Source of the DNA: Candidatus Micrarchaeota archaeon
GTDB taxonomy: Archaea > Micrarchaeota > Micrarchaeia > Norongarragalinales > UBA8480
Reading direction: 5' to 3'
Length of the DNA: 15,778 nucleotides
Assembly (NCBI GenBank): GCA_043805855.1
Contig: JAZDHP010000063.1
Span: 1-15,778, forward strand
Position numbers and translations under genes: made by a program. The notes beneath the pieces are model-generated. The model was not told the DNA's origin, made no database searches, and was given only the letters and a program-made list of their open reading frames with translations. Shown piece by piece: positions 14,095 through 15,778 of this stretch; the stretch's first letter is position 1, and each line of letters begins with the position of its first letter.

Positions 14095-15777
14095 CTAGCC
14101 GCCGAACATGCTGCATACGCCGCCTGCGTTTTTCAATTTAGCGCCGCACTTGTCCTTTGACTCCTGTAAGTCTTTTTTCAATCCACTTAGCGCCTGGTTC
14201 AAAACCGCTTTGTTGCTGTCGTTTTGATTTTCCAAAATTGACTCAAGAAGATTTATTGTATTGCTTAGTTTCGTAACGCCTTTGCTGCACTCCTGTGCTT
14301 CTTTCTTTTCATCTTGGGTTTTCATACAAGCTAATTTTTGCATTTCGTAAACAACATCTTTAGATTCAGTTGCTTGTGCAATTGCAACATTTGCTTCAGT
14401 TACACCGGTTTGTGCCGCAGCTACCATCACGTCATCTTGACTATTAAGTGAAAGCGCATCAAACTCAGCAAGAACCGCTTCTGGATTCTCGCAAGCAGCT
14501 GAAACTGCGGTTAATACCATCTCTCGCACTCCGTCATTTAGCACAATGTCTTTACATTGATCAACTGCAGGTTGCGCGAGTTGACAGTATGTTTGAACTT
14601 CAGCCTTACATTCATTAGTTGGATTGTCTGCTTCGCAGTACTTGCTTAATTTTGAATAAAGTGATTCGCTTTCCTTTGTGCAAGTTTTTTCAATTTCTTC
14701 GTCGGTATAACTAAACAGGCGCTTGGTGCGTATTGAATCTTGACACTGCGCATTTAATGCAGATAAACTACAACTTTGTTCACTGTTGCCAGCGTCGCTT
14801 TCATCGCTTTCGCTTGTAATTTCTTCACCTTCGTCAGAAGTGACAAACGCTGATAACATTGAAGGAATTGCAACTATTTTCACTGTGAACGGCGCAATTA
14901 AATTACCAGTTATTATAGTTTGTGATCCAGAAATGCTAGGCGTAGAAGTACACGCTGAATTACTACAAGCGCAAGAGTAAGTTAATTTCCATGCTTCTTT
15001 ACTTAAACAGAAATATTCAGTTAACAAAGTTGAACTTGCGCAAGTATCGCGAAACGTGTAACTTGAGCCATTTGAATAAGTTTTAGTAACTACCCCTGCA
15101 GTTCTAGGTTGGACTCCTCCGCTTGAAGTGCTATCTGTATCAGTACAAGCGCCTGGGTCATTTATACAAGCTCCATTTGAACACATTTGGCCAGAAGAGC
15201 AATAGTGCGACGTTTGTACCATTGCACCATTTTGGCAATAAAATTCACTAACTTGACTTGTGCCTGAAGTTATGCAACTATCAGTTTCAGTGGCAGTTGC
15301 CCCGAGCGAATTAATGTAAGTGACTGTTCCCTTTACCGCTATTGCATCTCCACCGTCAGTGTCAGAACAAGTAGTTTTGCAAGCGCCGTTAAGACACTGC
15401 GTGCCAGATGGACAAGTAATTTGTGCAGAAGCAAAGCTATTATCCGCAGCGCAGTAGTATTCAGTTAAAGTTGAACTACTGCATTTATCATAAAAAACTT
15501 GAAGACTTCCTCCGGATGAAACGCGCCTTAGAGTGCCCTGAACTGAAGGGTTGTTGCCGTTATCAGAATCTGTACAAGTATACGTTACTGTAGGTGTTGT
15601 TGAAGAAGTCGAAGCAGGTATTGTTGAAGAAGTCGAAGCAGAGTCTCCAGGCGCAGTTATCGCAACGCATTGTTTTACAATGCCACAATCTGGATCTTGG
15701 CTTATTACTAATTCATAACCCGCACTACAACTGTTTGGTCCAGTTGGACAAGATGGGATATTGTCGCTTTCACGTGA
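14095..15777 (-). CDS. Cys-rich putative surface protein, paralogue of the 11715-14039 gene (5'-truncated by window edge)
   Basis: The frame is open from 15777 (SRESDNIPSCPTGPNSCSAGYE...), so the ORF-track start at 15222 is internal. Three C-x-D-[ST]-D repeats are followed by a helical 8-Cys and coiled-coil C-terminus ending NAGGVCSMFGG. Confidence 0.88.
   Translation of the reverse strand, partial: SRESDNIPSCPTGPNSCSAGYELVISQDPDCGIVKQCVAITAPGDSASTSSTIPASTSSTTPTVTYTCTDSDNGNNPSVQGTLRRVSSGGSLQVFYDKCSSSTLTEYYCAADNSFASAQITCPSGTQCLNGACKTTCSDTDGGDAIAVKGTVTYINSLGATATETDSCITSGTSQVSEFYCQNGAMVQTSHYCSSGQMCSNGACINDPGACTDTDSTSSGGVQPRTAGVVTKTYSNGSSYTFRDTCASSTLLTEYFCLSKEAWKLTYSCACSNSACTSTPSISGSQTIITGNLIAPFTVKIVAIPSMLSAFVTSDEGEEITSESDESDAGNSEQSCSLSALNAQCQDSIRTKRLFSYTDEEIEKTCTKESESLYSKLSKYCEADNPTNECKAEVQTYCQLAQPAVDQCKDIVLNDGVREMVLTAVSAACENPEAVLAEFDALSLNSQDDVMVAAAQTGVTEANVAIAQATESKDVVYEMQKLACMKTQDEKKEAQECSKGVTKLSNTINLLESILENQNDSNKAVLNQALSGLKKDLQESKDKCGAKLKNAGGVCSMFGG
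14950..15576 (-). repeat. Three 66-68 aa C-x-D-[ST]-D...D-x-C...E-[YF]-[YF]-C...N-[GS]-A-C repeats
   Basis: CTDSDNG...DKC...TEYYC...CLNGAC (15379-15576); CSDTDGG...DSC...SEFYC...CSNGAC (15166-15369); CTDTDS...DTC...TEYFC...CSNSAC (14950-15147). Confidence 0.8.
15597..15641. repeat. Exact 21-bp duplication (period 24) in a Ser/Thr linker
   Basis: TTGTTGAAGAAGTCGAAGCAG at 15597-15617 and 15621-15641. It encodes ASTSST twice on the minus strand. Confidence 0.8.
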
Positions 15778-15778
15778 A

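Noticed and set aside
8942..14980. Short ORFs inside the Cys-rich genes (8942-9124, 8946-9134, 9366-9623, 9740-9967, 9966-10184, 11983-12297, 13046-13228, 13255-13632, 13629-13985, 13715-13960, 13769-14017, 13927-14160, 14786-14980)
   Set aside because: These are shadow frames of the long repeat-containing genes. The 13715-13960 frame does not rescue the signal peptide, so a frameshift explanation for the internal stop is not needed.

Overview
Archaeal chromosomal segment, most likely from a DPANN-type archaeon. This is inferred from BRE/TATA promoters about 20-30 nt upstream of start codons, a canonical box C/D guide RNA, and Cys-rich secreted proteins with C-x-D-[ST]-D repeats. The left half carries housekeeping and membrane genes: a 5'-truncated pyruvate kinase, an EamA/DMT transporter, an MscS channel, a P-loop kinase-dCMP deaminase fusion and a K+-independent membrane H+-pyrophosphatase. 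Three strongly basic orphan ORFs are interspersed among them. The right half is a cluster of large Cys-rich, putatively exported proteins: a gluzincin-type metallopeptidase and two tandem paralogues sharing an 8-Cys helical/coiled-coil C-terminal module. One paralogue has an in-frame TAA at codon 45, where the repeat context predicts Gln. The intergenic region at 10239-10593 holds a double-guide box C/D sRNA (10316-10364), whose guides match the 23S rRNA P-loop (predicted Gm2251, E. coli numbering) and the region around U2438. A degenerate A-rich tandem repeat follows it. No tRNA, rRNA, CRISPR array or mobile element was seen.
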